This document shows, one piece after another, positions 1 to 13,700 of a DNA stretch of 64,000 nt. The stretch lies in contig NC_087247.1 of NCBI RefSeq assembly GCF_037042905.1, positions 17,422,001 to 17,486,000 of the forward strand. Direction: 5' to 3'. The stretch comes from Lytechinus pictus. Its lineage: Eukaryota. The notes under the pieces were generated by a model. The model made no database searches, was not told the origin of the DNA, and saw only the letters and a program-made list of their open reading frames with translations. Position numbers and translations under genes: made by a program. The number at the start of each line of letters is the position of its first letter. The stretch's first letter is position 1.

Positions 1-496
1 AAAATTATCATAGCCCCCCAAAAGACAAAAACAAATTATTTAATATTTTGACACATCTTAACCTAGTAATGAAGGGATATTTACATATTCAAATTATTAC
101 TCTATCTACTCAGGGACATGAGATATTTCAATTTTACTGAATACCCTGAAATTGCATGTCCTTTTTGCGTAACGTCAGTTACCGACACATTTTTGCTTGC
201 TGAAGCGTAACAAATGTGGTTACATTGAAAAACTTAGTATCACAGTATACAGCAAGGCTCACTTTATCAACTCTATCAAAAGCAAACTCCCATCATTTGT
301 TTTAGAGATACACACAATGAAAGGTGTGTAAAATTGTGCCGTGTAATGTCAGTTACCGTGAAAATACCCATAGGCAAGAGATCATATCATTGTTTTGACA
401 CTATATTATCAATTAAAACAGATGCACTTTTGGACAAGAATTGTCACCTTTTTCACTTACTTCCTTCTGTCAAATATGGGTAGTTTTGAACATTAA

Positions 497-909
497 AGGA
501 CAAGTCCACCCCAACAAAAAGTTGATTTGAATAAAAAGAGAAAAATATGAAATATTCTAATTTTCTCCTCATTGTCAAGTGATACAACAATTAATTCCTC
601 GCTGAACATGTGGAATTAGCATTGTTTAATACTATATGGTTCAGTCAAGTTGGCCCTTAATGTAAAATCTATAAAAAATGAAATATTGTATTATTCAAAC
701 AATAAAAAACAAAAGAAATATTGAGTGATGGACATCATCGACTGACTCACCTAGTTGTGCATATCACTGTTTTGTGAAAAATAAGCAAAATTTTAAAATG
801 TCATAACTTTCTTATTTTACGTCCGATTTTGATGAAATTTTCAGCACTATGCTAGTTTGATTTTTCTCTATTTATTCAAGTCAGCATTTTCCTGGGGTGG
901 ACTTGACCT
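497..909. mobile_element. MITE with TTAA TSD (Kolobok-like)
   Basis: TTAA 493-496 and 910-913; TIRs AGGACAAGTCCACCCCA / TGGGGTGGACTTGACCT; degenerate relatives at ~3270-3648 and ~39581-39975. Confidence 0.8.
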
Positions 910-1355
910 TTAATAGACAGTATTCATGTTTTGCACAATACTGTTATGAAGTGCAGTCTCATGTATACTTGTGCAATGAAAGAGCATATCATTTTCAACA
1001 CACTTGACAAGTACAGTATACGTATTGAAACAAGGTCCAACACTGGTCCAAGATACTTCCTCATACCTACTTAAAAGCCATTAAATGATTATAGCAACAG
1101 GAAATACTTGATCGAGCGATTTATTTACACAATAGAGACTTTTAGGAGCAGTGAACGAAAATGTTCATGAAATGCTGCTCTATAGCTCGCAGTTCATGCA
1201 TGGTTGGATTTTTTTTTCATCATTGATAAATCCACAAATGAAGGAAATTAGAATGATACCAATGTACAATCTCTGATGAGCAGTATTAAAGTACAATGAA
1301 AGTAGGGTCCATAATATTGGATCACACTATCCCTATACATGTAGTCATGCATTAA

Positions 1356-1940
1356 AGGAGAATGAAACCCTTGAAACCAGCTGAATCCATATCAAAGAGA
1401 AAAATCAAAGAAACATATTGTTGAAATTGAGGAAGATTGAATGAATAATAAGAAAGTTATGAGCATTTGAATATTGTGATCACTAATGCCATGTAGATCC
1501 TCCCATTGGCAATGCGACCAAGATCTGTGATGTCACACACGTACAACTCCCTCATTACTTTAGTACTTATTTCACTTAAATATTCTCACTTTTATAGAGT
1601 CTATCACAAGGTGAGGTGTTCTCTTTATGAGAGGACAAGTACAGAGGTTTCACAACATTTATATCATTGATGAATCGTTTGTCTTATGATTAGAATGAGC
1701 AAAAAGAGATGTTTTGGGGTATATTTTCAGTGTCCAAAAGGGGAGAGTTGTTCATCTGTGACATCATAGATCTTGGTCGCATTGCCAATGGGAGGATCTC
1801 CATAGCATTAGTGATCTTGACATTCAAATGCTCATAACTCTTTTATTGCTAGTCCTATTTTACTCAAACTTTTGTTGATCTTATTCTTTGATTTTTCTGC
1901 TTTTACAAAAGCTAACTTGCTCCAAGAGTTTCATTCTCCT
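1356..1940. mobile_element. MITE with TTAA TSD (Kolobok-like) and internal inverted repeat
   Basis: TTAA 1352-1355 and 1941-1944; TIRs AGGAGAATGAAAC / GTTTCATTCTCCT; internal IR 1496-1537 vs 1757-1798. Confidence 0.85.
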
Positions 1941-2247
1941 TTAAGTACATATATTGAAACAAGGTCCATCAATAAATATATATTACCAACAGGAAATACT
2001 TGATCAAGAGTTTTTTACTTTGAAATATTTTTATTAATAAATTTACACCTCTGTACAGTTTCTCCTCATATGAAATTAATCCTCATAATTGTAATCATGA
2101 TATTGCTTTGTGGGGAAAATGTTTATCAATGTTGAACAATTCATGAATAAGGAAGTAAAATTAAGTGTTAGACTGAAAGAAGATTAGTCTTTTACTTTTG
2201 TATAAGTTGAACTCTTAAATTGATTGGTTGCCATTTATAGGTTAAGA

Positions 2248-2499
2248 CAGTATCGTACGCAGGAATTTTTAAAGAAGGGGGGTTTCATTCTGACTAAAAT
2301 GTTGACAACCCCCCCCCCAAAAAAAAGGTTTTCACCACAAATTTTATGTCGTTTCATACGTCAAAAAAGATTGACAAGCAAAAAAAAATCTTCAAAAAAA
2401 TTTAGGGGGGGGGGGAAGAATTCTAAGTTAGGTTTGGGGGTATCAACAAATTTAAGGGGGGAGTTTGAATCCCTGTAACCCCCCCTGTGTACGCCACCG
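2248..2499. mobile_element. Small MITE (CAGTGGCGTAC-type termini, poly-G/poly-C tracts)
   Basis: CAGTATCGTACGCAGG ... CCTGTGTACGCCACCG imperfect TIRs. Confidence 0.55.
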
Positions 2500-3269
2500 G
2501 GTTAAGCAGTAAATTGGTAAAGGTACATTTGTTTTAGTTGAAAATAATAATCCTCCAACATCTCATGTGGTAATACCAAACAACTATTTTGTACCTTGAA
2601 AAATCTGAACCAAGATTTAAAAACAATATCATTTTATTCTAACTTCTAGTTCTGATAACTTTTGCTCAGTTTTCTGGATAACTATTATTATTATTATTAT
2701 TTAAACTGATAATAGTGTTACAAACATTGTTAAAAAAGACTAGACTGGATGCATCAAATTGAAATATCCAGTGTGAGTGCATGTGTATTTAACCCACTTG
2801 AAATTATGTATAGTGCAATCAGTAAAATTGGATATTTATCTACATTTAACTTCTTGCCATTTTTTTAATGAAAATTCATTTGACACCAGTCTTCCAAAAT
2901 TGTTCCATGCAGAAATAGTTTCAATTTTTGACAAGACAATAACATTTTTAGTTCAAAATAGACCAAACTTGTTTGTTTATATTCCTATTCAATGCACGAT
3001 TTAACAAGCTCAGCCACCCATACCAAAATTATAATTGTTCTTTACTTTTCCCTTCCTGCGTGGGAAACCCAAGTTTCATCAATTCTCTGTGTTTACTGGG
3101 GCTTACATGTAGCTCTAGTCTAAACTAGATATAATTGATCTGTTAATAACCATGAGCTTTTTTATAAAAAAAAACTTTTAGCTTGTAAGATCTGCAAGTA
3201 ATGTTTCATGACTTTATGTGCAAGCCTTGTTAGTGCTGGTGCACAACTCAGTATTGCAAATAAGAGAGT

Positions 3270-3648
3270 CGATGATGTCACTCACTATTTCTTTTGTTTT
3301 TTTATTGTTAAAATTATAGAATATTTCAATTTTTACAGATTTGGCAATAAGGGCCCTCTTGTTTGAACCACAAAATGTGAAAACAATGGTAATTACACAG
3401 GTTCAGGGAGGGGGGAAAAAAATTACATGACAATGAGGAGAAAATGAGAATGATGTCATCGGTCACCTCATTTGCATACCAATCAGGATGTGGATATAAA
3501 TGTTTTGTGAAATTAATAAAGTGAAATTGAAAATGTCATGAATATTTTATTTTACATCTGATTTTGATAAAATTTTCAGTGTTATGCTTGTTTGATTGTT
3601 CTCTTTTTATTTAAACCAACATTTTATAGGGGTTGACTTGTCTTTTAA
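3270..3648. mobile_element. Degenerate copy of the 497-909 MITE family
   Basis: Shares the right end (attttgataaaattttcag..GGGGTTGACTTGTCTTTTAA). Confidence 0.6.
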
Positions 3649-4603
3649 CAAAAAATTGTCTGACTTACATTATTGTGTTTGTATGTAGTCAAAGAATATA
3701 TTAAGCTGTATTTGAAGAGTCATTAGTATGTAGCTATGAGTAATACTTGGACGAGACCTTCATATTACCATATTTTAATGCTCACACAATTCAACGAGTT
3801 TATGTTAAAAACACATAACTCATTCAGGTTCACAATGATGCAGCAAATTTTTGAGCTAAAGTGTGAGGATATGATTTCATTTAGATCACATCTTTTATGT
3901 GGAATGGATAAAGCTCATTCAGTGTCTGCATGCCACACCTTCATGCCCTTAAAGAACCATTCAATGATATTCTTGAAAATGTAGAATTAGTTTTTTTAGA
4001 CAAAGATTTGACAAATAAATTCTGAGGCCCTGCAATGTTCTCTCATGACAGACATGCCAAGTCTCATGCATAAGGCTTGAGACTGTTGCCCTCTAGATCA
4101 TCCCCTCAAATCTCTCTCTCTCTCTCATCACAGCCTATCCCCATACAATGTCTGGTGATATCATGCTGAGTCAAGTTTCCTTGCCTAAAATCTCATGCAT
4201 GGCTGGTCTTTGAACTTGGCATTTCTGTCAAGATATAATGCTGAATATGGAAACATGGGTCTACATTTTATTCAATAATAGAGATAACAACTTAAAATTC
4301 CAGCTTCTCTTTAGTTTAAAACTTTGTTCAATTGATTATTTTTTTGCTCTCAAAGATGTTTTCAAGCTTTCCCGCATATCATTTGCAGAGAACAAAAGTA
4401 TATTATCTGTTCTTGCGCTATCTAATACCTGTGGTGGTTTAAAAAAAAACCTTTAGTACGGTATTTTATTCCAAGTTCTTGGTTTCTTTTCTTGGGGGTG
4501 GGGTCTCTTGAAGTGTTTTACTGTTTGGCAGTGCATTGTCCAGTGTATGGGTATTTCCCTCTTGATATTTATTGATATCTTTCCTTCTCTTTTTTATGAA
4601 CAG

Positions 4604-7600
4604 GGCAAGTTTCCAGCTTCCTACAACATGGATGCCAAGAAGGGTAATACAATGAATGTTCCTATAGATCCGAACCACACCCACTTCATTCTCGTAGACA
4701 ATGGGACAATAGACTCGTTTGGAGTGGAAATCACGCTCAGGGGCAAGTTAGAGAAGGCAATCTCAGAGGAACAAATACAAAAATCTTCGGGGAATGATAG
4801 TACAGGTGAATAGTTGAATTGTTTTTTTTTTACTGGTGTCAGAGAAGATACTTTGGCATATTTCATGAAGGATATCATTCTAATTACAGTAAATGCTCAT
4901 TTTTTTAACTGCATGATCTCTCATTCGTGGGGGCTGCTCAGAAAGCCATCCATAAATTTATGCACGATGATATGTATGATTGACATATGAAGTGCCAAAA
5001 TATGAGTGCAATTTTTTTTTTAATTTCCACCACCATTCACACTGATCCTAATCCTAATATGCTTTACTATTTTACCATTTCATTATATTAATTTGAAAAT
5101 GCTCAGAAAGCCATCCATAAATTTATGCATGATGATATGTATGATTGACATACGAAGTGCCAAAATATGATCGCTATTTTTTTAAAATTTTCTTCTCCAT
5201 TCACACTGATCCTAATCCTAATAGGCTCTACCTTTTATAACATTCTCTGACATTTCATTATATTAATTTGAAAATGATCATAAACATATGAATATGAGTT
5301 TAATATTCAGGTTGTCACCCTCCCCCCTGTGTGTTGATGCTGGCTTGGTCATTTCTGATTTGAACCATTTCATGTTGCAGGTCTCATCCTGTTGCATAAA
5401 TGAACTTGTGCCTGTACCCTCGGCTGTTGACTAATACATTTTATCATTTATATTCATGACTTATTCTCTTGAAGTTGTTTCATTCTGAAAGCCATGTTAA
5501 TGGCCAACCTGCGAACTGGATACACTTCATGTTTTGGTCAGACTACCAGTAAACTTGCGTGTCTACTTGCTGAAACTTGACACCTTTGAAAGAAATGCTT
5601 AGTACCATTTCAAGGCTGGTGCTCTATTGCTATCAATTTATTACTGTACTCTGATACCAGGATGTGTTCAAGGAGAGCTTGTATTTCAAAGTTTTGATGT
5701 ATCTTTCTATTACGAAGCACAATTCATCAATGTGGAGTTTATTGTCAGGTGGTTTGATATGCTGCAGGTACAATTGTATAGTATTCATAGATTGTCACAA
5801 ATGATGAAAAGGAGGTGAAGAAAGAGTCATATTTATCAATAATGGGTCAATATATTACTGTTACAGTATGCGTATTATTCTACGGCACATAATACTTGGT
5901 ATGGTGATATTACCAGGGCTGTATCTGTGCTGTATTGGGTCCTACTAGACTTCAAGTAATAAATTCTGCTAGGTAGTAGATACCCATTCACCTCACCTGG
6001 GTCAAGTGCAGCACAATGTAGATACATTCCTTGTTGAATGAAATAAATGCTTGGAGTATGATTCAAACGTGTGACCATCATATTAAAATGAAAAAGTCAG
6101 AACCACCACTCCATGACACTTCCATATTATTGGATTCATTCGAATGCTAGAATGTAAAGAATGTAAGGAGAATGATACAAAATAATGTACTTTAAAGAAC
6201 TGTTAATATACAATTTCTTTGATCTTGGTTCAGTTCCACTCCCAGGAAGTGTTTATCCTCCATTGGGGGTTTAATGGAAACTACATATACATTATACAGG
6301 GCTTCAGTCATGAGTATCAAAATATATTTCAGTGTTTTAATAATTTGTTTTCAATACCTGTATTATAAACATGTAAAGATAAAAAAGAATGGGAGCAAAT
6401 TGTGGAAAGAGAAAAAATTACAGAATGCAAAGAAGAATCCCTGGCTATTACATGAAAGTTTCGCCAACTTTGTTATTTTCAGCCGTGTCTATCCCGATCG
6501 TATGTGTGGTCGTGCAAGGCGGACCTAACACAATCCAGACAGCTTATGAAGCCATCAGGAATGGAACTCCTGTTGTCATCGTTGCAGGATCAGGGAGGGC
6601 TGCAGATATCATGTCCTATGCATTCCAACATACCAAAGAATACAAAACTACAGAAGGAAAGAAAGAAATGTAAGTTATTGGAGGGGTGGGGGGGGGGGTA
6701 ATTTATTTGATATTTATTTACATGGAAATACATTTAATACACTATGTCTTTACAATGTTTTGCTTGTACATTTGTGCATGTGCTAATGTGTTACATTTGT
6801 GCATGTGGTGATGTGTTACTTTGATTTTTTTGGCTCTGCCTTCAACATGACATGGCATTTCCATCATTAGTCACTTCCAGATCAGATATTGCTGATGTAC
6901 ACCCACTTTTCACATCAACTCATGTTTGTTTCTGCATTTCCAACTGAAGTATTTTTTTTTTTTAATGACAAATGGGTATTACTGATTATTTATACGGGTC
7001 AGGGTAATCTGGAAAATTCCAGATAAGTCCTGGAAAATAATTTATTTTAGGTACTTAAAATCATTAATGTAATTAACAGTCACTATAAGTGAAGTGAAGG
7101 AAAGTTTTTCCAGTATCGGGTTTCCCCATTAAGTTCAGACTTTGCCACTGAATATGTATGTATGCTTTATCATCAGGGCCATATACCGCACCTTACTGTT
7201 TGTTGGTAGCTCGTTGGTAAAGCAAAAGGATATCCTGTTTGGAGTCCAATTTGTCATGGATAATTCCGGTTGAAAGAGTAATGTAGATAGAGAGGTAGAT
7301 CAAGTGATTTGGTAGCAATGCTATGATTGAAGCAAAGACAGGAAGATGGGATAGAGAGTGACAGAGAAAGAATGGGGGGGGGGGGGATGGGGCTTGGTGG
7401 ATGAGATTGAGAGGAGCTGGAAGAAGAAAGATTTGTACAGTGCATATAGAGAGCAAAAAGGGGAGAGAGAGAGGAAGAGAAAGTACAAGGATATGGAGAA
7501 GGACTGGGAGAAAGAGAGGGGGGTAACAGCTAGTGGCCATGAAGTTCCATGAACTTGACTGAAAATCAGTTATATCTATTCCATTAATTTTCTCTTGGTT

Positions 7601-7687
7601 AATATTTTTTAGTTTCTTTTATATATAGTTTTTGTCTCACCTGCATAGCAGAGTGAGACTATAGGCGCCGCTTTTCTGACGGCGGCA

Positions 7688-7726
<39 letters not shown>

Positions 7727-10700
7727 TCAACACCAAATCTTAACCTGAGGTTAAGTTTTTGAAATGACAGCATAACTTAGAAAGTATATGGACCTAGTTC
7801 ATGAAACTTGGCCATAAGGTTAATCAAGTATTACTGAACATCCTGCCTGAGTTTCATGTCACATGACCAAGGTCAAAGGTCATTTAGGGTCAATGAACTT
7901 AGACCATGTTGGGGGAATCAACATCAAAATCTTAACCTAAGGTTAAGTTTTTGAAATGTCATCATAACTTAGAAAATATATGGACCTAGTTCATGAAACT
8001 TATACATAAGGTTAATCAAGTATCACTGAACATCCTGCATGAGTTTCACGTCACATGACCAAGGTCAAAGGTCATTTAGGGTCAATGAACTTTGGCCGAA
8101 TTGGGGGTATCTGTTGAATTACCATCATAACTTTGAAAGTTTATGGATCTGATTCATGAAACTTGGACATAATAGTAATCAAGTATTACTGAACATCCTG
8201 TGCAAGTTTCAGGTCACATGATCAAGGTCAAAGGTCATTTAGGGTCAATGAACTTTGGCCAAATTGGGGTATTTGTTGAATTACAGCCATAAATTTGAAA
8301 GTGTGTTGGTCTAGTTCATAAAACTTGGACATAATAGTAATCAAGTATCACTGAACATCCTGTGCGAGTTTCAGGTCACATGATCAAGGTCAAAGGTCAT
8401 GTAAGGTCAAAGAACTTTGGCCACGTTGGGGGTATTTGTTGAATTGCCATCATATCTCTATAAGTGTATTGGTCTAGTTCATAAAACGTGGAAATAAGAG
8501 TAACCAAGTTTTCAAAATCAGCACTGCTGCTATATTGAATCGCGTGATGCAGGTGAGACGGCCAGAGGCATTCCACTTGTTCTTCTTTTAAACAAGTACA
8601 GGTCTTCTTTATTTAAATAAAAATATACACACATATATATGTACACAAACAAAAGTTTTACAAGTTATTCAGTATTAAATTCCATTTGCTAATATTCATA
8701 TACACATTTTGCTTTCGTTTACCTCTCTCATCATATCTATTTTCCAGAACATATATGAACATAATTTTTAAATCATAAAACTTCATCTTTTTTCATTGTA
8801 AATAATGTTATCTTGTGACATTTGAAAATAGAATATAATGCATAATTCAATATTAAGTTCATTTCTTTTTCTTTTCTTAAACCGTAAATAATATGCTGAG
8901 GCTTCAAACAAAAATTTTATATATAGTATTTCCTGCTGCATATCATGTGAAATTACTTTATATCAATGTTTTTTCCTCGCTTAGGAAGCCATATAAATCC
9001 GGGATCTGTTTGTTTATCGTTAAATGGAGAAGGAATGTGAGACAGAGATATGCATGATGAGGAGACGGCCAGAGAGGGAGATGAAAGATTGTAAATGAGA
9101 ATTTAAAAAATGTCAATAGAGAAAAACGAACCGGATATGAGGGGGTAGAATAGGAGAAAAAAAATTACAGTAGGGGAAAATATATTTAAAGTATTTAATG
9201 CTTTTCATTGTGTTTTAACTAAAAAATATCTTGTGATTGAATAGAAAAAAGGAAAAGAAACCCAAGCTTTATCTGAACTACCTTCTGTTCTTATGTACAT
9301 TAATGTTTTTCCTTATGAAGGAGGATACCCCCTCCCCAAAGTTTAGAGGATGTTTATTCTGATTTGCAATGGTGCATTTAACAAGTTGGTTTTCTTCAGG
9401 AATTATTGATTCTTATACCAATCAATGAGCTTTCCAAGATGTTTGAAATTTGTCTACCCTCCATAGACCTTGTTATTATTTTTTTTTAAAGAAAAGGAAT
9501 AATTGATTTAATTTGATATCTAGAAGTGAAGTTACATTAACACTGTTTTTTTTTATCTTCAGAGTGAGGAATGTAATGTCAGAGACAGTCAAAGTTGAAG
9601 TTGCCAATATGATCCAGAAAGAGTTTGGTGAGAAGCAATTGGACCTTCACCTCACTCGTATTGAGGCCTGCATCCAGCATAAGCATCTGATCACTGTCTA
9701 TGAGCTAGGGGCTAGTGCCACCATGGATATTGACGGTGCTATTCTTCATGCTCTTCTTAAAGGTATGTTTATTCTTTATGTTTGAAAGTTTTCCCTCAGT
9801 TGCCAATTTGTTATCATAAAAAGTATTATTAACTTGATGCTGCTTCTGCTACCAATCCCCGCCAAACAAGTTTGCAGTAGTTTTATAGGATTTAATGTAC
9901 AGTTGGGCATTTGATCGGTCCGTTACAAACCTTGCACATCAAACTATTCCTTCACTTTCTGCCAAATGCTCATAAGGCTTGGTACATAAATTAGTCTTTC
10001 GCTAATATTTTCTAAATGTTTGCTTAACATCCTACTGACCTTGGACTTAACCATACACCAAAATTCATTGTCAGAATTAGACTTTGAAATTTATCAATTT
10101 GAACTGGCATATTGTATACAGCGCCATTGTGGATTGCTGCCCTCTGTCGGGCAGAGTTGTTTATGTCACACATGCGATCGTTGTCATCGGCCCTTATCCG
10201 GCCAGCTCTGTGTAGAGGTACAATGTCATTAAAATATAGACCATAAGATTATTGTGATTGACGTCTAATCATTTAATGGTGTGGTGACAGCTGGGATCTA
10301 CCCTGTCATTGCCTGTTTATGATGGCATTTGCTCAAACTAGCAGTCAGTCGGTCGGCCAAAACTAGTCGTGATCGGTAATCTTTCCTAATTTGTCGGTCT
10401 TGGCTCGTACCTCTCGCAGTAGCTGTAGTCCCATGTATAGCCTAAGCTATGGCTTTACCCCCACAGAGGTCGCACCCTCAACCTCGCCCCCAGTGCCAGG
10501 CCCCAACCCGCGGCCGCCCTCACGTAGATTTCTTTAATCACTATAACTTACACATTAATACAAATCAAAAGAATGAAAGAGTGACTGAGAATGCGAATGA
10601 ATGTAACAGTCTTGATTATGATTATGATGATTTTGATGATTATGCTGAGAAGTTAAATGATGGTGATTGTAGAGAAAAGATCTCAGAGTCAGAGTTTGAG

Positions 10701-13700
10701 TTAGTTGAGTTTGACAATCACAATGAGTGTGAGTTTGATTACAATCACAATGAGTCTGAGTTTGATGATGAGCCCATATGGGACAATCCTATTCCTAACA
10801 ATCATCCTCCCTCAGTTAAGGTTTTACATACTAGTATCAATTACAGTAGGCCAAATGTTAGTCTAGGTCCTATTGATCTAGATAGTTGCCCTTTATGTTT
10901 AGCAGCTAAGCGCCCAAGTCACCACCACATCAGTGACTGTGAATACCTCCCTCAACATGAGAATAATATTGCGCAAGCTCGCCAAGCAGCAAGTACACTA
11001 GGATACACTAGAAAACTCACAGTGAATGATTGTTACGAAAAGTATAATCGTGAGTCTGACAAGAATTTGTCAGATTGTGACAGTGATTTAGATTATGATA
11101 GTGATTTTGACAATTTGTCAAGTATTGATTGTGTAGGGACAGTGATTTTCCGTTTCAAAAAATTGCCTTTTCCGTTTCAGCATGTCAGAAAACGGAAATT
11201 CCGTTTCCCCATAGACTTTGTACACACGGAAAAGTGACAATTCCGTTTACACATTGAATCGCACTGGTCAAAATTTGTATCTGCTACTGTACCAGCAACA
11301 CAAGAGAATCCGTCCTAATCGGATCTATGCGGGTGCATAAAATATTTTTACAAACCCATTTAGCATGCATACATCCTCACCTTTCACATTATTAGCATTA
11401 TTTCACGGTGAAATGATATTTCATCGATAATTTTGGGGTTTTTTGGACATCGTTATCATCAGTCAACGGCTTTTGCCAATCCGCCATCTTGGATTTTAAG
11501 ACCACGATATCGTGCTGTTACATCTTCAAACGTAGAGGGCAGCAACACACGACCGTGTAGTTGAACGATATGTGTGCATGTGAAGCCCAACCCGGCCGGC
11601 CGCGCCGGGTACGGGACGGGTGCGGGGTACAATCGAGTGAGGTGATGTCGAGTGCAGTCACGATGTGTGAATTGTCATGATAGTAGCGAAGTGAGATCGT
11701 GTTTTATGGGGTTTTGTGGCCATTTAATATTCTCATTTTGTTGTGATTTTGGAGTAATTTCTGTTGCTATTCTGTGTATTTTGAGGGAAAATACGTTTTC
11801 CGTGATTTTCCGTTTGAAATGCCACTTTCCGTTTCAAAAGGCCCTTTCCGTGAATTCCGTCCGTTTTCCGCGATCGCGGAAAATCACTGTCCCTAATTGT
11901 GACAAAGTTCCTGGTAGTGCTCTAACCGCAGATCCAGATATTTCTGGAATCAGTCGTCAGTCACATGTTCGTTGGGACAGTCCTCTTGGTTGCCTTGTTG
12001 ACTCGTCGAAGTCAGACGAGTCGCCTCTAGTTCTTGAAGTTGCTCTCAGCAGCACTAATGACAATGACGATTCATCGAAGTTCGATAGATTACATCAAGG
12101 ATACCATTCTCTGCCACATTGTCCAGTGGCTGACTCATCTGTGGTGCCTAGGCAGGTCAAGATACTTCCATTTATTGACCTGTATCATGGTCAGCAGTGT
12201 GTCCGGGTCACCTTAGTCAGTGGGTCATCACAGAATTTCATAGGTTACTCAACTGCTTTGAGTCTTGGTGCTGATATCTTTGACACGTCCTCAGGTACGT
12301 GTTATGTCGATAGTTCAAGCCTGCCTTATGTAATTGTTGGAGAGACGCAGCTCGTACTTACAAGGGATGATAATAAATTCGTCTTTGAAGGCCTAGTCGT
12401 CGAGACTGATACTGAGTTAGCCCGAGCTGGTATCCCTTTCTTAGAAGTGAATGATGTCTCTGTCCGTCCTTCTCGGCGTTCGGTCACGATTGCTAATGGG
12501 TCCTCTTACACCTATGGCCCAGCGCCGGCCCCTGCGCGTCTCGATAGAGCGCATTCGGTTGTCGTCTCGTCAGTCGTTCCTCCCATTGGCGAACATAGCA
12601 TTACATCTCAGGTACCTCACACTGATCTTCTGGCCAATGTGGAGACAAATTCCTCCAGCTGCAACGTCAATGAAGAGGCTCACGTTCACGTCAAGCCAAT
12701 AATTACCAGAAACCAAGTCGCTGTGGATGCCCGTCAGGATGCAGTTTGTCCTAAGATACCCCGATCGTACAACCTTGGTGGTACCTCCACTGCTCTTGAA
12801 GTCCATCCTGATAGCGAAATCACCAAAGTCCAACCGGAACCTCAATCCGGTGGTCTGTCCTCCCAAGTACCATCAGATACTGACCAGTGCCGCCTTGGTG
12901 ATTCTCTGGCAGATGCGTCCCCTACTCACAAGCCCGGGGATTGCTCCTTAGTCACCAACTTCAATGGCGAACCAAACCTTCGCTGTGCCTTGAAGGTTGA
13001 GTACCCTCCAGGACGCCCCCCTGATAGGACTCCTACTACTACCCTTGGACTGTTGGCCTCAATCCCTGCCCATGTGCACTCCAGGATGGTCTCTATTACG
13101 CCCATGATGTCTGACGTAAGAAGGTTTGCCCTGCCCCTTCCATTGATCGCTCGTAATCGGCCAGGTCTACCTTTCAGCTTGAGATTGGGACCCCCCCATG
13201 GACGCCCCCCGGACTACATCTATAATCGCTACCCATGATTGATTCTCTGGACATTTGGACCATGCTATTCCCATGTACCATAATGGATGAACTATGGACC
13301 CTTAGCCTTTACCCAGGATTTGGTTGCTTTTGTTTTTCCAACTAATGGACTGCTTAATTGGTTTCCATTAATTTTGATGTCATTATGGATATTTTTGTTC
13401 TTGGTTGTAATTTGATTTTATTGATATTAGTGTATAATTGATGGCCTTATGTATTTTTTATGTTTGTATGGACTTTTCGTTTTGGGTTTAGAATAACCCT
13501 GGTAATTAAAAGTCGCTATATGAATATGGTTTTCATATGCATATATATTTAGTATTTAGTGGTGTGATTTATTACAGAAACTGATTTGATGGCTGCTTGT
13601 AATTATGTGACATGTGTATGATCTCGTTTTAATTTGTTGTATTAATGTAGTGAGATTTTTAACAGATGCTTACCATGCATGGGTATGAGTTTGTTTCAAT

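Noticed and set aside
1015-2010. Repeated TATTGAAACAAGGTCCA..CAACAGGAAATACTTGATC segments
   Set aside because: Old local intronic duplication with no sign of function.
7735-8510. CRISPR-like repeat array
   Set aside because: Whole ~160-190 bp units repeat with no unique spacers; eukaryotic transposon context.
11652-11895. N-terminal ~80 aa of the 528-aa track ORF
   Set aside because: Lies inside the nested MITE and is not part of the original retroelement protein.
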